NCBI GenBank assembly: GCA_964445575.1
Contig: CAYULB010000007.1
Location: 3,039-67,038 of the forward strand
DNA from: an uncultured Eubacteriales bacterium
GTDB lineage: Bacteria; Acidobacteriota; Aminicenantia; Aminicenantales; Aminicenantaceae
DNA: 64,000 bases
Direction of reading: 5' to 3'
In this document: piece after piece, positions 35,729-45,640 of the stretch
Layout of the letters: every line of letters begins with the position of its first letter
Numbering within the stretch: position 1 is the first letter of the stretch
Position numbers and translations under genes: made by a program
Notes under the pieces: generated by a model
The model's input: the letters and a program-made list of their open reading frames with translations, nothing else
Database searches by the model: none
What the model was told of the DNA's origin: nothing

Positions 35729-37198
35729 CTATATGTTGAGCTCCAGCTGTCCCTTTTGGGCATCTTTTCTCTCTTTCTCTATTTGATCCAAGATATCTGA
35801 GGTTATGTCTCCAGTGGGATAGATTCCATCAAAACAGGCTCCGCAAAATTCAGTAAGCTCTTTATTCTCCCTATGAACCGCTTTTTTTAAGGATTCCAGG
35901 GGCTGATAGATCACTTTATCCGCGTTTATTTCTTTGGCCACCTGGTCCTCATTTAAATTCCCGGCAATAAATTCAGTGTGGGTCTGCATATCAATCCCAT
36001 AGACACAGGGATATCTCAAGGGAGGAGAGTAGGAAGCAAAATACACCTTTTTTGCTCCACAGGCTCTCGCCATTTCAATAATGGAGCGGGAGGTATTTCC
36101 CCTTACTATGCTGTCATCAACGATCAGTACATTTTTATTTTTAAATTCGGAAAGTATGGGATTGAGTTTCTGTTTAATGGAAGTCCTTCGTGATTTTTCA
36201 GAGGGCATGATAAAGGTCCTCCCGATATAACGATTTTTTACCAGGGCTTCCCTATATTTGAGGTTGAGTTTGCGGGAAATCTCAATGGCAGCATCCCGGG
36301 CTGAGTCAGGAACTGGAATGACTACATCTATCTTTAAACCTTTCTTTTTTATCTCCTCAGCCAGAAAGCGGCCCAAATTGATGCGGCTTTTATAAACATT
36401 GACTCCGTCAATAATAGAATCCGGCCGAGCAAAGTAAACCCATTCAAAAAGGCAGGGAGTGTGACGCTTTGTTTGAAATTTTCGGGCATGAAGCCTTCCT
36501 TTGTTATCTATGAACAAGACTTCCCCTGGTTTTATGTCTTTGATCTTTGTGAAATTGGTCAAGTTTAAGCTGACGCTCTCTGAAGCAAAAGCAAAAGACT
36601 TGAAAAGACCTTGCTTTCGTTCACCAAAGACCAGGGGTTTTATACCAAAAGGGTCTCTAAAAGCCAGCATCCCTTGTTCCGCAATATAAGCGACCACTGA
36701 AAAGCTGCCCTTTACCTTGCCAAACACTCCCTTAACTGCCTTAAAAATATGTTCTGGCTTGAGTGCTTTTATTTTTTGTCTTTCTAACTCACTCGCAAAT
36801 GTATTCAGAATGATTTCCACATCATTGTCTGAACTTAAAATCCGGCGGTATTTTTCAAAAAGTTCTTTTTTTAATCCGGAATAATTTACTACATTCCCGT
36901 TATGGGCCATCATGATGCCAAAGGGTGAATTCACAAAAAAAGGCTGGGCATCTTCACCTCTTCCCCCTCCTATGGTGGGATAGCGGGTATGACCAATCCC
37001 TATGTGTCCGGTCAATCTTCGGGCATTTTCCTGGTTAAAGATATCATTCACCAGACCGTTTCCTTTTTTGGTATGGAAACGGCCATCATAAGTCATAATT
37101 CCTGCTGAATCCTGACCCCTGTGCTGAATGGCCAGCATCCCCTTGTATAAATCTTCAAACACATCCTCGGACCCGTAGATCCCGATGATTCCGCACAT
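35729..37198 (-). CDS. purF: Amidophosphoribosyltransferase
   Basis: MCGIIGIYG Ntn-glutaminase N-terminus, a PRTase motif (VLIVDDSIVRGNT), and C-terminal Cys residues for the Fe-S cluster. Confidence 0.95.
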   Translation of the reverse strand: MCGIIGIYGSEDVFEDLYKGMLAIQHRGQDSAGIMTYDGRFHTKKGNGLVNDIFNQENARRLTGHIGIGHTRYPTIGGGRGEDAQPFFVNSPFGIMMAHNGNVVNYSGLKKELFEKYRRILSSDNDVEIILNTFASELERQKIKALKPEHIFKAVKGVFGKVKGSFSVVAYIAEQGMLAFRDPFGIKPLVFGERKQGLFKSFAFASESVSLNLTNFTKIKDIKPGEVLFIDNKGRLHARKFQTKRHTPCLFEWVYFARPDSIIDGVNVYKSRINLGRFLAEEIKKKGLKIDVVIPVPDSARDAAIEISRKLNLKYREALVKNRYIGRTFIMPSEKSRRTSIKQKLNPILSEFKNKNVLIVDDSIVRGNTSRSIIEMARACGAKKVYFASYSPPLRYPCVYGIDMQTHTEFIAGNLNEDQVAKEINADKVIYQPLESLKKAVHRENKELTEFCGACFDGIYPTGDITSDILDQIEKERKDAQKGQLELNI

Positions 37199-37275
37199 TG
37201 GCTCACTCCATTAAAATCTAACTTTGTATTATAACTTATAATTACATTTTCGGGAAATTCATCCCTGTTTTTTCC

Positions 37276-37310
37276 AAAACAGTGCCGTCATACCTGTTTA
37301 CCTTGTTTTT
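37276..37310 (+). repeat. Second copy of the 35-nt intergenic motif (AAAACAGTGCCGTCATACCTGTTTACCTTGTTTTT)
   Basis: 32/35 identical to 12124-12158. Lies in the 197-nt spacer between two minus-strand genes. Confidence 0.6.
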
Positions 37311-37395
37311 TCGTCTATTTTGTCTATTCAGTTCGTTTAGTGTGATAGGAACGAAACGGGTAAGCGGTTAATGAGGAATAGGATGTTGGCTTTTT

Positions 37396-38346
37396 TTATG
37401 AATGATACACGCCCCGCCAGTATTGGAGTAAATCCTCCAAAGTCTTCTCAATCGGGATCTCTGGGGTCCAAAAAATTTCCTCTCTTATTTTCTGGTTGTT
37501 CCCCACTAACACAGGAATATCAACTTTTCTCATTTTAGCTTCATCTGTCTCCACATCTATTTTTACTTCCGAATTTTTCAAAAGAATATCCAGTATTTTT
37601 TTAAGAGAAATAGACTTTCCGAAGGATACATTATAGACTTGACCTTTTCTCCCTTTTTTTATCAGAGAATAATAAGCCTTAACCACATCTCTAACATCCA
37701 CAAAATCTCTCTCAACTTGTATATTCCCCACCTTTATTAGAGGAGGAGACAGTCCTTTCTCGATTCTTGCGATCTGACTGGCCCAGTCAGAACAAACAAA
37801 ATCAGGACTCTGGCCGGGTCCTGTGTGTGGAAAAGACCTGGCAATAACAATGTCCAAATCTTCAATTTTTATGTAGTAGCGGCACAGCTCTTCTCCGCTC
37901 AATTTAGTAAAGGCATAAGGGCTTAAAGAACGAACCGGATCCGTCTCACTCAACAACTTAGAGTTAGGCTTTAAGGAACCATAGACCTCTGAAGAACTGA
38001 CAAAAAGAGTCCTGGCATCTGGGCTGAATTTTCTTACCGCCTCAAATAGATTTAGGGTGCCGATTATATTGACTTCAAAGGTCTCTTTTCTCCTCTTCCA
38101 AGACTGCCCCACATTAGATACCGCCGCAAAATGAAAGACAGACTCAGGCTTAGAAATCTTAATGATTTCTTCAAGTCTTTTCTCAGAACAAATATCTGCT
38201 TTTTTTATGTAACATTTTGGATGATTGAGACTCTGTCCAGGCTCATCCGGATAACATATTCCATAAATCTCGGCACCGGTCTTTTTCAAAAATTCAATAA
38301 AATGGCTCCCTACAAATCCGGTAGCACCTGTTACAAATACCCTCAA
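37396..38346 (-). CDS. Extended SDR, NAD-dependent sugar-nucleotide epimerase/dehydratase/reductase (GDP-mannose dehydratase / Rmd-like family)
   Basis: VTGATGFVGSH, YxxxK (YAFTKLSGE), and NHTGP-like FPHTGPGQ...VGNIQVERDFVDVRDV. TTG start. Confidence 0.75.
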   Translation of the reverse strand: MRVFVTGATGFVGSHFIEFLKKTGAEIYGICYPDEPGQSLNHPKCYIKKADICSEKRLEEIIKISKPESVFHFAAVSNVGQSWKRRKETFEVNIIGTLNLFEAVRKFSPDARTLFVSSSEVYGSLKPNSKLLSETDPVRSLSPYAFTKLSGEELCRYYIKIEDLDIVIARSFPHTGPGQSPDFVCSDWASQIARIEKGLSPPLIKVGNIQVERDFVDVRDVVKAYYSLIKKGRKGQVYNVSFGKSISLKKILDILLKNSEVKIDVETDEAKMRKVDIPVLVGNNQKIREEIFWTPEIPIEKTLEDLLQYWRGVYHS

Positions 38347-38348
38347 TG

Positions 38349-39308
38349 TTAAACTCTATCCCTCCAGTAATCCAGCAGGTCTCTTAAAGATTGGTTGAAC
38401 GGGATTTTCGGTTCCCAGCCAGTGATCTTTCGAAACTTGGTGCTGTCAGACAGAAGGATCGGAACATCAGAGGGCCTCAGCCGGTCTGGATCTACTTTGA
38501 CTTCTACATCATCACCAGCAAGGGAAAGGAGCCTATCAAGAATTTCTTTGATCTGATAAGCTTTTCCTGTTCCAATGTTGTAAACCTCTCCTTTCCTGCC
38601 CTTTTCCAAGCTCAACCAATAGGCGCGTACCATATCTCTTACATCCGTGAAATCCCTTTTAGCGTCAAGATTTCCTACATATATCACGGGTTCCTGCTTT
38701 TTCTTCTCAATCATGGCGATCTGCTTGGCAAAATTAGAACAAATAAAAACTTCTCCCCTCCGGGGTCCGGTATGATTAAAACCCCTGGTCCTCACCACAT
38801 CCAAACCATAACTTTTAAAATACTGGTACGCAAGAAAGTCTTGAGCTACTTTACTCACCGCATAGGGACTTAATGGTCTTAAGTGATTGTCCTCCTTCAT
38901 AGGCACTTCATCAGGGTGAACCAGGCCATATTCTTCGCTGGACCCGGCAATCTGGATCCGTGGGTTTATTCCCAAACTCAACACAGCTTCAAACAAATTT
39001 ATTTCTCCCACCGCATTGATAGAAAAGGTTTCGGCAGGACATTTCCATGAAGTGGGAACAAAGCTCTGAGCTGCCAGATGAAATATGCGATCCGGTTTAA
39101 TCTGGTAAAGTGCCTTCTCCAGAGAAACTATATCTTTTAAGTCAGCCTCATAAAGATGTATTTTGTCCAACACATGATTGATATTATCCATCCGGCTTCT
39201 CCACCGTATGAATCCATAGACTTCCACATCTTTATGCTCTGACAATATGTAATCCGTAAGATGACTCCCAGCAAATCCTGTTATCCCGGTGATCAGAACT
39301 CTCATCAT
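38349..39308 (-). CDS. Extended SDR, GDP-mannose 4,6-dehydratase / Rmd-like family (a paralog of the downstream gene)
   Basis: ITGITGFAGSHL, YAVSKVAQD, FNHTGPRRG and VGNLDAKRDFTDVRDM. Confidence 0.75.
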   Translation of the reverse strand: MMRVLITGITGFAGSHLTDYILSEHKDVEVYGFIRWRSRMDNINHVLDKIHLYEADLKDIVSLEKALYQIKPDRIFHLAAQSFVPTSWKCPAETFSINAVGEINLFEAVLSLGINPRIQIAGSSEEYGLVHPDEVPMKEDNHLRPLSPYAVSKVAQDFLAYQYFKSYGLDVVRTRGFNHTGPRRGEVFICSNFAKQIAMIEKKKQEPVIYVGNLDAKRDFTDVRDMVRAYWLSLEKGRKGEVYNIGTGKAYQIKEILDRLLSLAGDDVEVKVDPDRLRPSDVPILLSDSTKFRKITGWEPKIPFNQSLRDLLDYWRDRV

Positions 39309-40360
39309 TCCTCCTTTTTATAATCCTCTGAGTTTCTGCTCTTGTAATATTTTCTATAAAAATCCTTAAACTCTGGTTTTTTTTGTTTGATTTCCCTCCA
39401 CCACTCCTCATTCTGTTTGTACCAATACACAGTTTCCTCTAAACCCTCCTCGAATTTTTTTTCAGGCTTCCAGCCCAAAGACTGAATTTTCTGGCAGTCA
39501 AGAGAATACCGCCTATCATGACCTGGTCTATCTTTCACAAGCCTTATCAGACTTCTTGGTTTGCCCAGAAAGTCTAGAATTTTTTCAGCCACTTCAATGT
39601 TTTTTTTCTCACAACCGGCTCCGATATTATAATCTTCGCCAATCCTACCCTTTCTAAGAACACAATCCATTGCCCGGCAGTTATCCCGGACAAAAAGCCA
39701 ATCCCTCTGGTTCTCACCCCTTCCGTACAAGGGAAGCTCTTTATCATCCAAAGCATTGGTAATAAAAAGTGGAATGAATTTTTCAGGAAACTGATAAGGA
39801 CCATAATTGTTACTGGGCCTCACAATCATAACCGGTGCACCATAGGTAATATGATAAGAGTTAACAAGATGGTCTGCTCCTGCTTTGGATGCAGCATAAG
39901 GAGAAGACGGATTAAAGGCAACACTTTCCTTAAAAAACCCTTTATCAGAACTTCCGTAAACTTCATCTGTGGAAACATAAAGGAAGACCTCTATTTCAGA
40001 TTTTTTTTGCGCATCCAGCAGGATAAAGGTGCCGAAAACATCAGTTAGCACGAATTCTCCTGCAGACAAAATGGAACGATCAACATGAGTCTCTGCTGCC
40101 AAATGCACCACAATGTGAACTTTTTTAAAGACCTCCTCGACCAGCTTCTTATCCCTTATGTCTCCTTTAATGAATTCATAGCGGGGATTATTTCGAATGT
40201 CCTTAAGATTATCAAGGTTTCCCGCATAGGTAAGACAGTCCAAATTAACAATCCTACAGTGGTCATATTTCTCCAGCAAAAAATGAATTAAGTTGCTTCC
40301 AATAAAGCCTGCCCCACCTGTAACCAGGATGGTCTTATCATTAAGAGACCGATCATCCAT
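39305..40360 (-). CDS. rfbB: dTDP-glucose 4,6-dehydratase
   Basis: VTGGAGFIGSN, STDEVYG, YAASKAGADHL, and the C-terminal DRPGHDRRY. The start is set at ATG 40360 (GGAGAAGAAAGG RBS, 8-nt overlap with rfbC) rather than the over-extended ORF start at 40453. Confidence 0.9.
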   Translation of the reverse strand: MDDRSLNDKTILVTGGAGFIGSNLIHFLLEKYDHCRIVNLDCLTYAGNLDNLKDIRNNPRYEFIKGDIRDKKLVEEVFKKVHIVVHLAAETHVDRSILSAGEFVLTDVFGTFILLDAQKKSEIEVFLYVSTDEVYGSSDKGFFKESVAFNPSSPYAASKAGADHLVNSYHITYGAPVMIVRPSNNYGPYQFPEKFIPLFITNALDDKELPLYGRGENQRDWLFVRDNCRAMDCVLRKGRIGEDYNIGAGCEKKNIEVAEKILDFLGKPRSLIRLVKDRPGHDRRYSLDCQKIQSLGWKPEKKFEEGLEETVYWYKQNEEWWREIKQKKPEFKDFYRKYYKSRNSEDYKKEE

Positions 40361-40808
40361 CCTTTCTTCTCCACTGAAAAGGTATTTCATCGGTATGAGC
40401 ATCAAGCCTGTACTCATCAGGATTCTTATAGTTATAAAGATCTGTGGGTGCATTGACCACCACAGCTTCTTTCTGACTCACGCACATCCATCCATGATAC
40501 ACTCCGGGTGGAATTTGAATAAGTATAGGATTGTGTTCGCCCATATAAAACTGATTGATTTCGCCGAAGGTTGGGGATTCCTCTCTGCTGTCATATAGAG
40601 CAATTTTGAGCAATCCGCAAATGCAGGCTACATTATCAGTCTGCTTCTTGTGCAAATGCCATGCTTTCACAACATTCGGATAAGTGGTGGTCACATAAAC
40701 TTGACCAAACTGAATGAAAATGTCGTCATCTGATCTCAGAATCTCCATAAGACGCCCTCTTTCGTCAGGGATAACTTTTAATTTTTTTATCCTCACTCCT
40801 TTGATCAT
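40353..40808 (-). CDS. rfbC: dTDP-4-dehydrorhamnose 3,5-epimerase family cupin (short form)
   Basis: DERGRLMEI..., VKAWHLHKKQTD, and the cupin fold length (151 aa). Sits between rfbA and rfbB. Confidence 0.7.
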   Translation of the reverse strand: MIKGVRIKKLKVIPDERGRLMEILRSDDDIFIQFGQVYVTTTYPNVVKAWHLHKKQTDNVACICGLLKIALYDSREESPTFGEINQFYMGEHNPILIQIPPGVYHGWMCVSQKEAVVVNAPTDLYNYKNPDEYRLDAHTDEIPFQWRRKDG

Positions 40809-40857
40809 GTTTTTCTCCTAATCTATATGATTCCTCATTAAAATTTCTCTTGAATCC

Positions 40858-41922
40858 TTATCGGATCTCTATCTCACTCTGATCCCCCACTGTAAACCTG
40901 AACACTGAAGGCTTTGCAGGGCACTTATACAACTTTACTTTTTTGCCAATAAGACTTCTGTCTATCCTGCTTCCGATGTCTGTAATTTCACTTTTTTCCA
41001 AGACTATACTGTGTTCGATCTCGGTTCCTACAATCCTGCAGTCGTTTTGAATGGAGGTAAAAGGTCCAATATAGGAATCATGTATCAAGGTATTGCTCCC
41101 GATTATGGCAGGACCCCGGATTTCACTATCTTTCACTACAGCTCCCTTTTCCAGTACAATCCGGCCTTTTAGGTTTGACTTCTTATCAACTCTTCCCAGA
41201 ATACAGGTAGAAATTGACTCTAATATCAATCGATTAGCATCCAAAATGTCATCAATTTTCCCCGTATCCTTCCACCAATCCTGCACAGTATGAGACTCAA
41301 CTCTAAATCCTTTATCAATCAGATACTGAATGGCATCGGTTATCTCAAGCTCATTCCTCCATGAGGGGTTAATTGATTTTACTGCTTCAAAAATATTTGA
41401 ATCAAACATATACACTCCCACCAGCGCCAGATTGGTGGAAGGATTTTTCGGTTTTTCAACCAGTTTAACCACTCTCCCTTTGTCAAGTTCAGCAACTCCA
41501 AACATCTGAGGATTCGGAACTTCAGTCAGCAATATCATTGAATTCGGCCTACTTTGATTGAATTTATTCACTAACGAATCAAGACTGTCTTTAAGAATAT
41601 TGTCACCGAGATACATCACAAAATTATCTTTTTTTATGAAGTCCTCTGAGATTTTAACAGCGTGGGCCAAGCCAAGGGGACTTTCTTGTTCTATATAAGA
41701 AATGTTTACTCGCCATTTCGAGCCATCCCCCACAGCATCCATGATTTCATTCTTTGTTTCTCCGACTACTATTCCTATTTCATTAATCCCGGCACATTTT
41801 AACGATTCAATCCCGTAGAACAACACCGGTTTATTTGCGACAGGCACCAGCTGTTTAGCCCGTGTAAAAGTCAACGGCCGAAGCCTGGTGCCCTTTCCTC
41901 CACTTAATATGAGTCCTTTCAT
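40858..41922 (-). CDS. rfbA: Glucose-1-phosphate thymidylyltransferase, long form with a C-terminal left-handed beta-helix
   Basis: MKGLILSGGKGTRLRPLT..AKQL.PVANKP N-terminus, 354 aa, with hexapeptide repeats in the C-terminal third. Confidence 0.85.
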   Translation of the reverse strand: MKGLILSGGKGTRLRPLTFTRAKQLVPVANKPVLFYGIESLKCAGINEIGIVVGETKNEIMDAVGDGSKWRVNISYIEQESPLGLAHAVKISEDFIKKDNFVMYLGDNILKDSLDSLVNKFNQSRPNSMILLTEVPNPQMFGVAELDKGRVVKLVEKPKNPSTNLALVGVYMFDSNIFEAVKSINPSWRNELEITDAIQYLIDKGFRVESHTVQDWWKDTGKIDDILDANRLILESISTCILGRVDKKSNLKGRIVLEKGAVVKDSEIRGPAIIGSNTLIHDSYIGPFTSIQNDCRIVGTEIEHSIVLEKSEITDIGSRIDRSLIGKKVKLYKCPAKPSVFRFTVGDQSEIEIR

Positions 41923-41951
41923 TATTATCTCTCTTTACCTTAGACTGATTC

Positions 41952-44093
41952 TTAAAATCCAAATCCCCCCAGAAAATTTCCTGTTTTCCCAATATTTCCC
42001 AGCCCTAATGAAAAGCCAAATTGAATTTCTGGTTTATCCCGAAAATAAAACACCCGAAAATCTGCTGCAAAGTCAAGACACTGATAATGGTATACTAAAG
42101 AAGCCGCAGAATAAAGCAGCTTTTTTTCCTGCAGATTGTAATCAATTTGAGACCTTGCCTCTAAAGAAAGGGCAGGAATTTTCCATCCTCCGTACACACT
42201 GATCTGATGTCTTTCCCATAAGGATTCTTCTCTGTATGGATTAACACTTTTATACCAATTTAATCTCAAAAACCAATCGTCACTGGGATTGCCCAGGTTT
42301 GCTCCCGCTCTTATTCTTGAGAGCGTCCCATAATAAGGATTCCAAGAAACAGAAGCATCCAGGCTGTATTTTTCAACAGGATAGAACCTGAGATTTCCAT
42401 TTATATCAGAAAATTCAGGAATTTCTCCATTGACCTGATAAATCCTCAGAGGACTGTCCTCAGGACTCAAATAGAAAGACTGGCTTAAGCCCAATGACAA
42501 GATTTCCCGGGGCATATTATTTTTTTTTATCAGAAAACGATTTGTCAGGCCGTATCTGACATAGTGGTTGGTGTAAAAATAAGTCGCTGTGATGATCCTC
42601 TCAGAATGGGCAACCGGACTGTCAAATCGATAAGTCAGTGACGGTTCAATGATGTGCTTTAATTTAGGACTGCCCGTTGAATCAAAAAAGACTCGATTGA
42701 AAACAGGACCTAAAAATTCCATGTTTATTGTCTGGCTGTTTACAAAAAGAGGCTCATTCACCACTTCTTCTGTTCCTTGTTTATAACTCTGGAAATAATA
42801 GATTGAACTGGAAGAAACCTCTGAATTTAAAGTAAACCAAGGCACACGGTTAAAGGGAAGACTTAATTTTGGATAAAATGATAAATGCTGGGATTTTTTC
42901 TGCGTTCCGCTCTCATAGGCAGAGTCCCACCCATATTCCCAAGCTTTAAATTCAGCATTAAAAGATAAATAAAGAGGAGAAAATATCTTGATTTTAGATG
43001 AACTAAAAGATACTTCCGGAACGCTGTGTTTTATTATAGACCTATCCTCCTCGGGAAAATAGGTTTCAAAACGAGAAACGCGTGCATTGAAATTAAAATA
43101 AGACCATGACCGGCTCAAGTAAACCTCTGACCGCTTATTCGCCACCACTGCTCTTTGAAAATTATTATCAAACTCTCTTAAAAAATCAAAAGAGCTCTGA
43201 TAATCAACATCTGCCGTGAGATTGAAATTTAAAGGAAGGGGATTGGAATGCTTCAGTCGGAAAATATAAGCATTTTCTTCTACCTGCTTATATTCAGGAT
43301 TGTTTGACCTGAAATAAAACAAATCCATCTGGCCTCGAGAATCATTAGAAAAAATATATCTGTACTGAAGCCCTCCCCCAAATCCCCGAGCAGAATAATA
43401 ATTAAAATGAGCCGTGGCATCCATATTTCTTTTTATAGCCCAGTAAAATCCCTGTTCAAAAGTCATCCCTTTGCTTCCTGAGTAACCAATGTTGGGCATT
43501 AAAAAGCCTGTGGACCTTTCTTCTCCCACTGGATATCTCATATAAGGCAGGTAAAAAACAGGAATTTTCTTTATGGAAAATACAGAATTCCACATCTCAA
43601 TATAATCATCTTGTTTATAATTTGCTTTTGAACAGGAAAATTTCCACCTTGGGACGACTTGAGTGCACGAGGTAAACCAGGCTTTCTTCAATCGATAAAA
43701 TACCTCGTTTTCTCTTTCCACAGTTTCCGCTTCATAAGTAATGTCGGGTTTTGATATTCCATGGACTTGTTTGAGTTCTCCTCTAGAAGTATTCAGATCG
43801 ATCTGTACCTGTTCCATACTTATGACTTCCCCGGGCAGATGAACTGAAACATTCCCTTTCGCTATAACATTATTTGTTTTGATGTCCAACTCCGCCCAAT
43901 CCGCAAAAATTTTAGTGTCTTTATAATGGATCTCAACATTTCCGGATGCAATCACTTTACCGTTGGCTTTTTCTTTATACTGAGCAATGACCTTAACCAC
44001 AGATGGGTCCTCTTCCTGCGCTAAACTCACAGCAGCTATGAGAGGGATGAAGAGAATTATAAGGTATAAACAAGTTGTTTTTTTTTCATACAT
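41952..44093 (-). CDS. lptD: LPS-assembly outer-membrane protein LptD
   Basis: Signal peptide, an OstA-like N-terminal domain (ASGNVEIHYKDTKIFADWAELDIKTNNVIAKGNV), a large beta-barrel, and an aromatic C-terminus (...GGFGF). Confidence 0.85.
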   Translation of the reverse strand: MYEKKTTCLYLIILFIPLIAAVSLAQEEDPSVVKVIAQYKEKANGKVIASGNVEIHYKDTKIFADWAELDIKTNNVIAKGNVSVHLPGEVISMEQVQIDLNTSRGELKQVHGISKPDITYEAETVERENEVFYRLKKAWFTSCTQVVPRWKFSCSKANYKQDDYIEMWNSVFSIKKIPVFYLPYMRYPVGEERSTGFLMPNIGYSGSKGMTFEQGFYWAIKRNMDATAHFNYYSARGFGGGLQYRYIFSNDSRGQMDLFYFRSNNPEYKQVEENAYIFRLKHSNPLPLNFNLTADVDYQSSFDFLREFDNNFQRAVVANKRSEVYLSRSWSYFNFNARVSRFETYFPEEDRSIIKHSVPEVSFSSSKIKIFSPLYLSFNAEFKAWEYGWDSAYESGTQKKSQHLSFYPKLSLPFNRVPWFTLNSEVSSSSIYYFQSYKQGTEEVVNEPLFVNSQTINMEFLGPVFNRVFFDSTGSPKLKHIIEPSLTYRFDSPVAHSERIITATYFYTNHYVRYGLTNRFLIKKNNMPREILSLGLSQSFYLSPEDSPLRIYQVNGEIPEFSDINGNLRFYPVEKYSLDASVSWNPYYGTLSRIRAGANLGNPSDDWFLRLNWYKSVNPYREESLWERHQISVYGGWKIPALSLEARSQIDYNLQEKKLLYSAASLVYHYQCLDFAADFRVFYFRDKPEIQFGFSLGLGNIGKTGNFLGGFGF

Positions 44094-44141
44094 TCAGAAT
44101 AGAATTTAACACAACCCCCTATTGAAATCAATACAGCGAAC

Positions 44142-44170
44142 TTGACACACGCAGGGATTCGAAAGATAAT
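44142..44170 (+). promoter_or_regulatory. Putative sigma70 promoter: TTGACA, 17 nt, GATAAT, for the atp genes
   Basis: Hexamers at 44142-44147 and 44165-44170, about 60 nt upstream of atpZ. Confidence 0.55.
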
Positions 44171-44228
44171 AATAAAAAGTCAAATCCAAAAAAAATATTC
44201 TTAAAATAAATCAAACTGAAAAATTTTT

Positions 44229-44462
44229 ATGCAACAAAAGAAATCCTCCCAATCAAAAAAAGAGAATTTCCGCAATATCATAGAACTCAGCTCCATCGGC
44301 CTCGCTCTTCCTTCTTCTATAGCCATAGGGCTTTTTTTTGGTTACTACCTGGATAAATTATTTGGAACTCACCCCTGGCTTCTGATTGTTTTCCTTTTAT
44401 TTGGTATTGCTTCAGGTATAATATCCCTTATCAGAGGAATAAACAAATACAAAGAAGATTAG
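44229..44462 (+). CDS. atpZ: AtpZ/AtpI-family small membrane protein (F0F1 ATPase-associated)
   Basis: 77 aa with two TM helices and the motif G..FGYYLDK.FGT.PW. First gene of the atp cluster. Confidence 0.7.
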   Translation: MQQKKSSQSKKENFRNIIELSSIGLALPSSIAIGLFFGYYLDKLFGTHPWLLIVFLLFGIASGIISLIRGINKYKED

Positions 44463-44490
44463 CCTGAAATAAAATATCCAGGGGATCCAA

Positions 44491-44889
44491 ATGGACTGGA
44501 ACAACCAAAACATCGACGAAAAGATACTCAAGCGTATTCCAGAAGAAATCATTGTTTCTTCCTTTATTCTTTCTCTGGGAGCTTATCTCCTCTTTGACCT
44601 TCTGACTGCAGCGATTCTGCTGTTAGGCGGAATGACGGCTGTGGTCAGTTTTGTTTGGCTGAAACACTCTATAACTAAAATTCTGTTTCTTGAGAAAAAG
44701 AAAGCTATAAAATCAGCAGCTTTTTTTTACGCACTCAGGCTTATATTGATTATTACGTTAATATTTATTATAATTTTTCTTTTCAAGAACAAAATTTTAG
44801 CCTTTGCGGCCGGCTTTTCGACTATAATGGTTGCCTTCTTGATGGAAGGTGTGGCTGCCGTTTCGAAAACAATAAAATGGAAGAGCTAG
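44491..44889 (+). CDS. atpI: ATP synthase protein I-like membrane protein
   Basis: 132 aa with 4 TM helices, positioned immediately before atpB. Assigned mainly from context. Confidence 0.5.
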   Translation: MDWNNQNIDEKILKRIPEEIIVSSFILSLGAYLLFDLLTAAILLLGGMTAVVSFVWLKHSITKILFLEKKKAIKSAAFFYALRLILIITLIFIIIFLFKNKILAFAAGFSTIMVAFLMEGVAAVSKTIKWKS

Positions 44890-45623
44890 AACACAGCCTG
44901 TACATCGTAGACCTATTTAACAAAATATTCAGTAAGCCTGCGTCCTGGGTTCTGTCTTTTTTCGGAATCCAAATCAAAAATCCAGAACATTTCATCCCTG
45001 ATTATGTGGTGATGAGTATCCTTGCCGCAGGGGTACTTATCCTTTTTTTCTATCTTGCCTCGAAAAATTTAAGCCTCATTCCTTCCAAACTCCAGAGCTT
45101 TCTGGAATTATTGATCAATACTTTTGAAAACCAGCTGGTTGAGATTATTGGAGAAAAGGGAAAGAAATATGTCCCCTTGGTCGCCACTATTGGAATATTC
45201 ATCTTTACCAGTAATATACTCGGCCTTATACCCGGACTTATGTCTCCCACCAGCAACCTGAATGTAACAGTGGCCTGTGCTCTGGTTGTTTTTGTCTATT
45301 ACCATCTGCAGGGGATAAAAAGCCAAGGCTTTTTTAGATACCTCAAACATTTTATAGGCCCCATCCCTTTTCTTGCTCCCTTAATGCTGCCCATAGAAAT
45401 AATCAGCCACTTTTCCAGGGTCGTCTCTTTGTCTATACGTCTTTTTGGAAACATATTTGCCGAAGAGCTTTTAATCGTTGTTATGATTTCTATAATTCCA
45501 TTCTTTCTCCCTCTCCCATTTATGGTGGTAGCTATTTTTACCGCCCTTATACAAGCTTTCGTATTTGTCATGCTGACATGCATTTATCTGGCAGGAGCCG
45601 TAGCTCAGGAGGAAGAACATTAA
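44877..45623 (+). CDS. atpB: F0F1 ATP synthase subunit a
   Basis: Conserved SLSIRLFGNIFAEE (essential Arg) and the C-terminal AFVFVMLT.IY helix. Confidence 0.9.
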   Translation: MEELEHSLYIVDLFNKIFSKPASWVLSFFGIQIKNPEHFIPDYVVMSILAAGVLILFFYLASKNLSLIPSKLQSFLELLINTFENQLVEIIGEKGKKYVPLVATIGIFIFTSNILGLIPGLMSPTSNLNVTVACALVVFVYYHLQGIKSQGFFRYLKHFIGPIPFLAPLMLPIEIISHFSRVVSLSIRLFGNIFAEELLIVVMISIIPFFLPLPFMVVAIFTALIQAFVFVMLTCIYLAGAVAQEEEH

Positions 45624-45640
45624 ACTAAAAGGAGAAAAAA

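Noticed and set aside
37386-37400. Third occurrence of TTTTTTATGAATG, matching the conserved end of the 110-bp repeat
   Set aside because: Here it is a T-run followed by the reverse complement of the last codons and stop of the SDR gene. There is no similarity beyond 13 nt, so I treat it as coincidence in AT-rich sequence.
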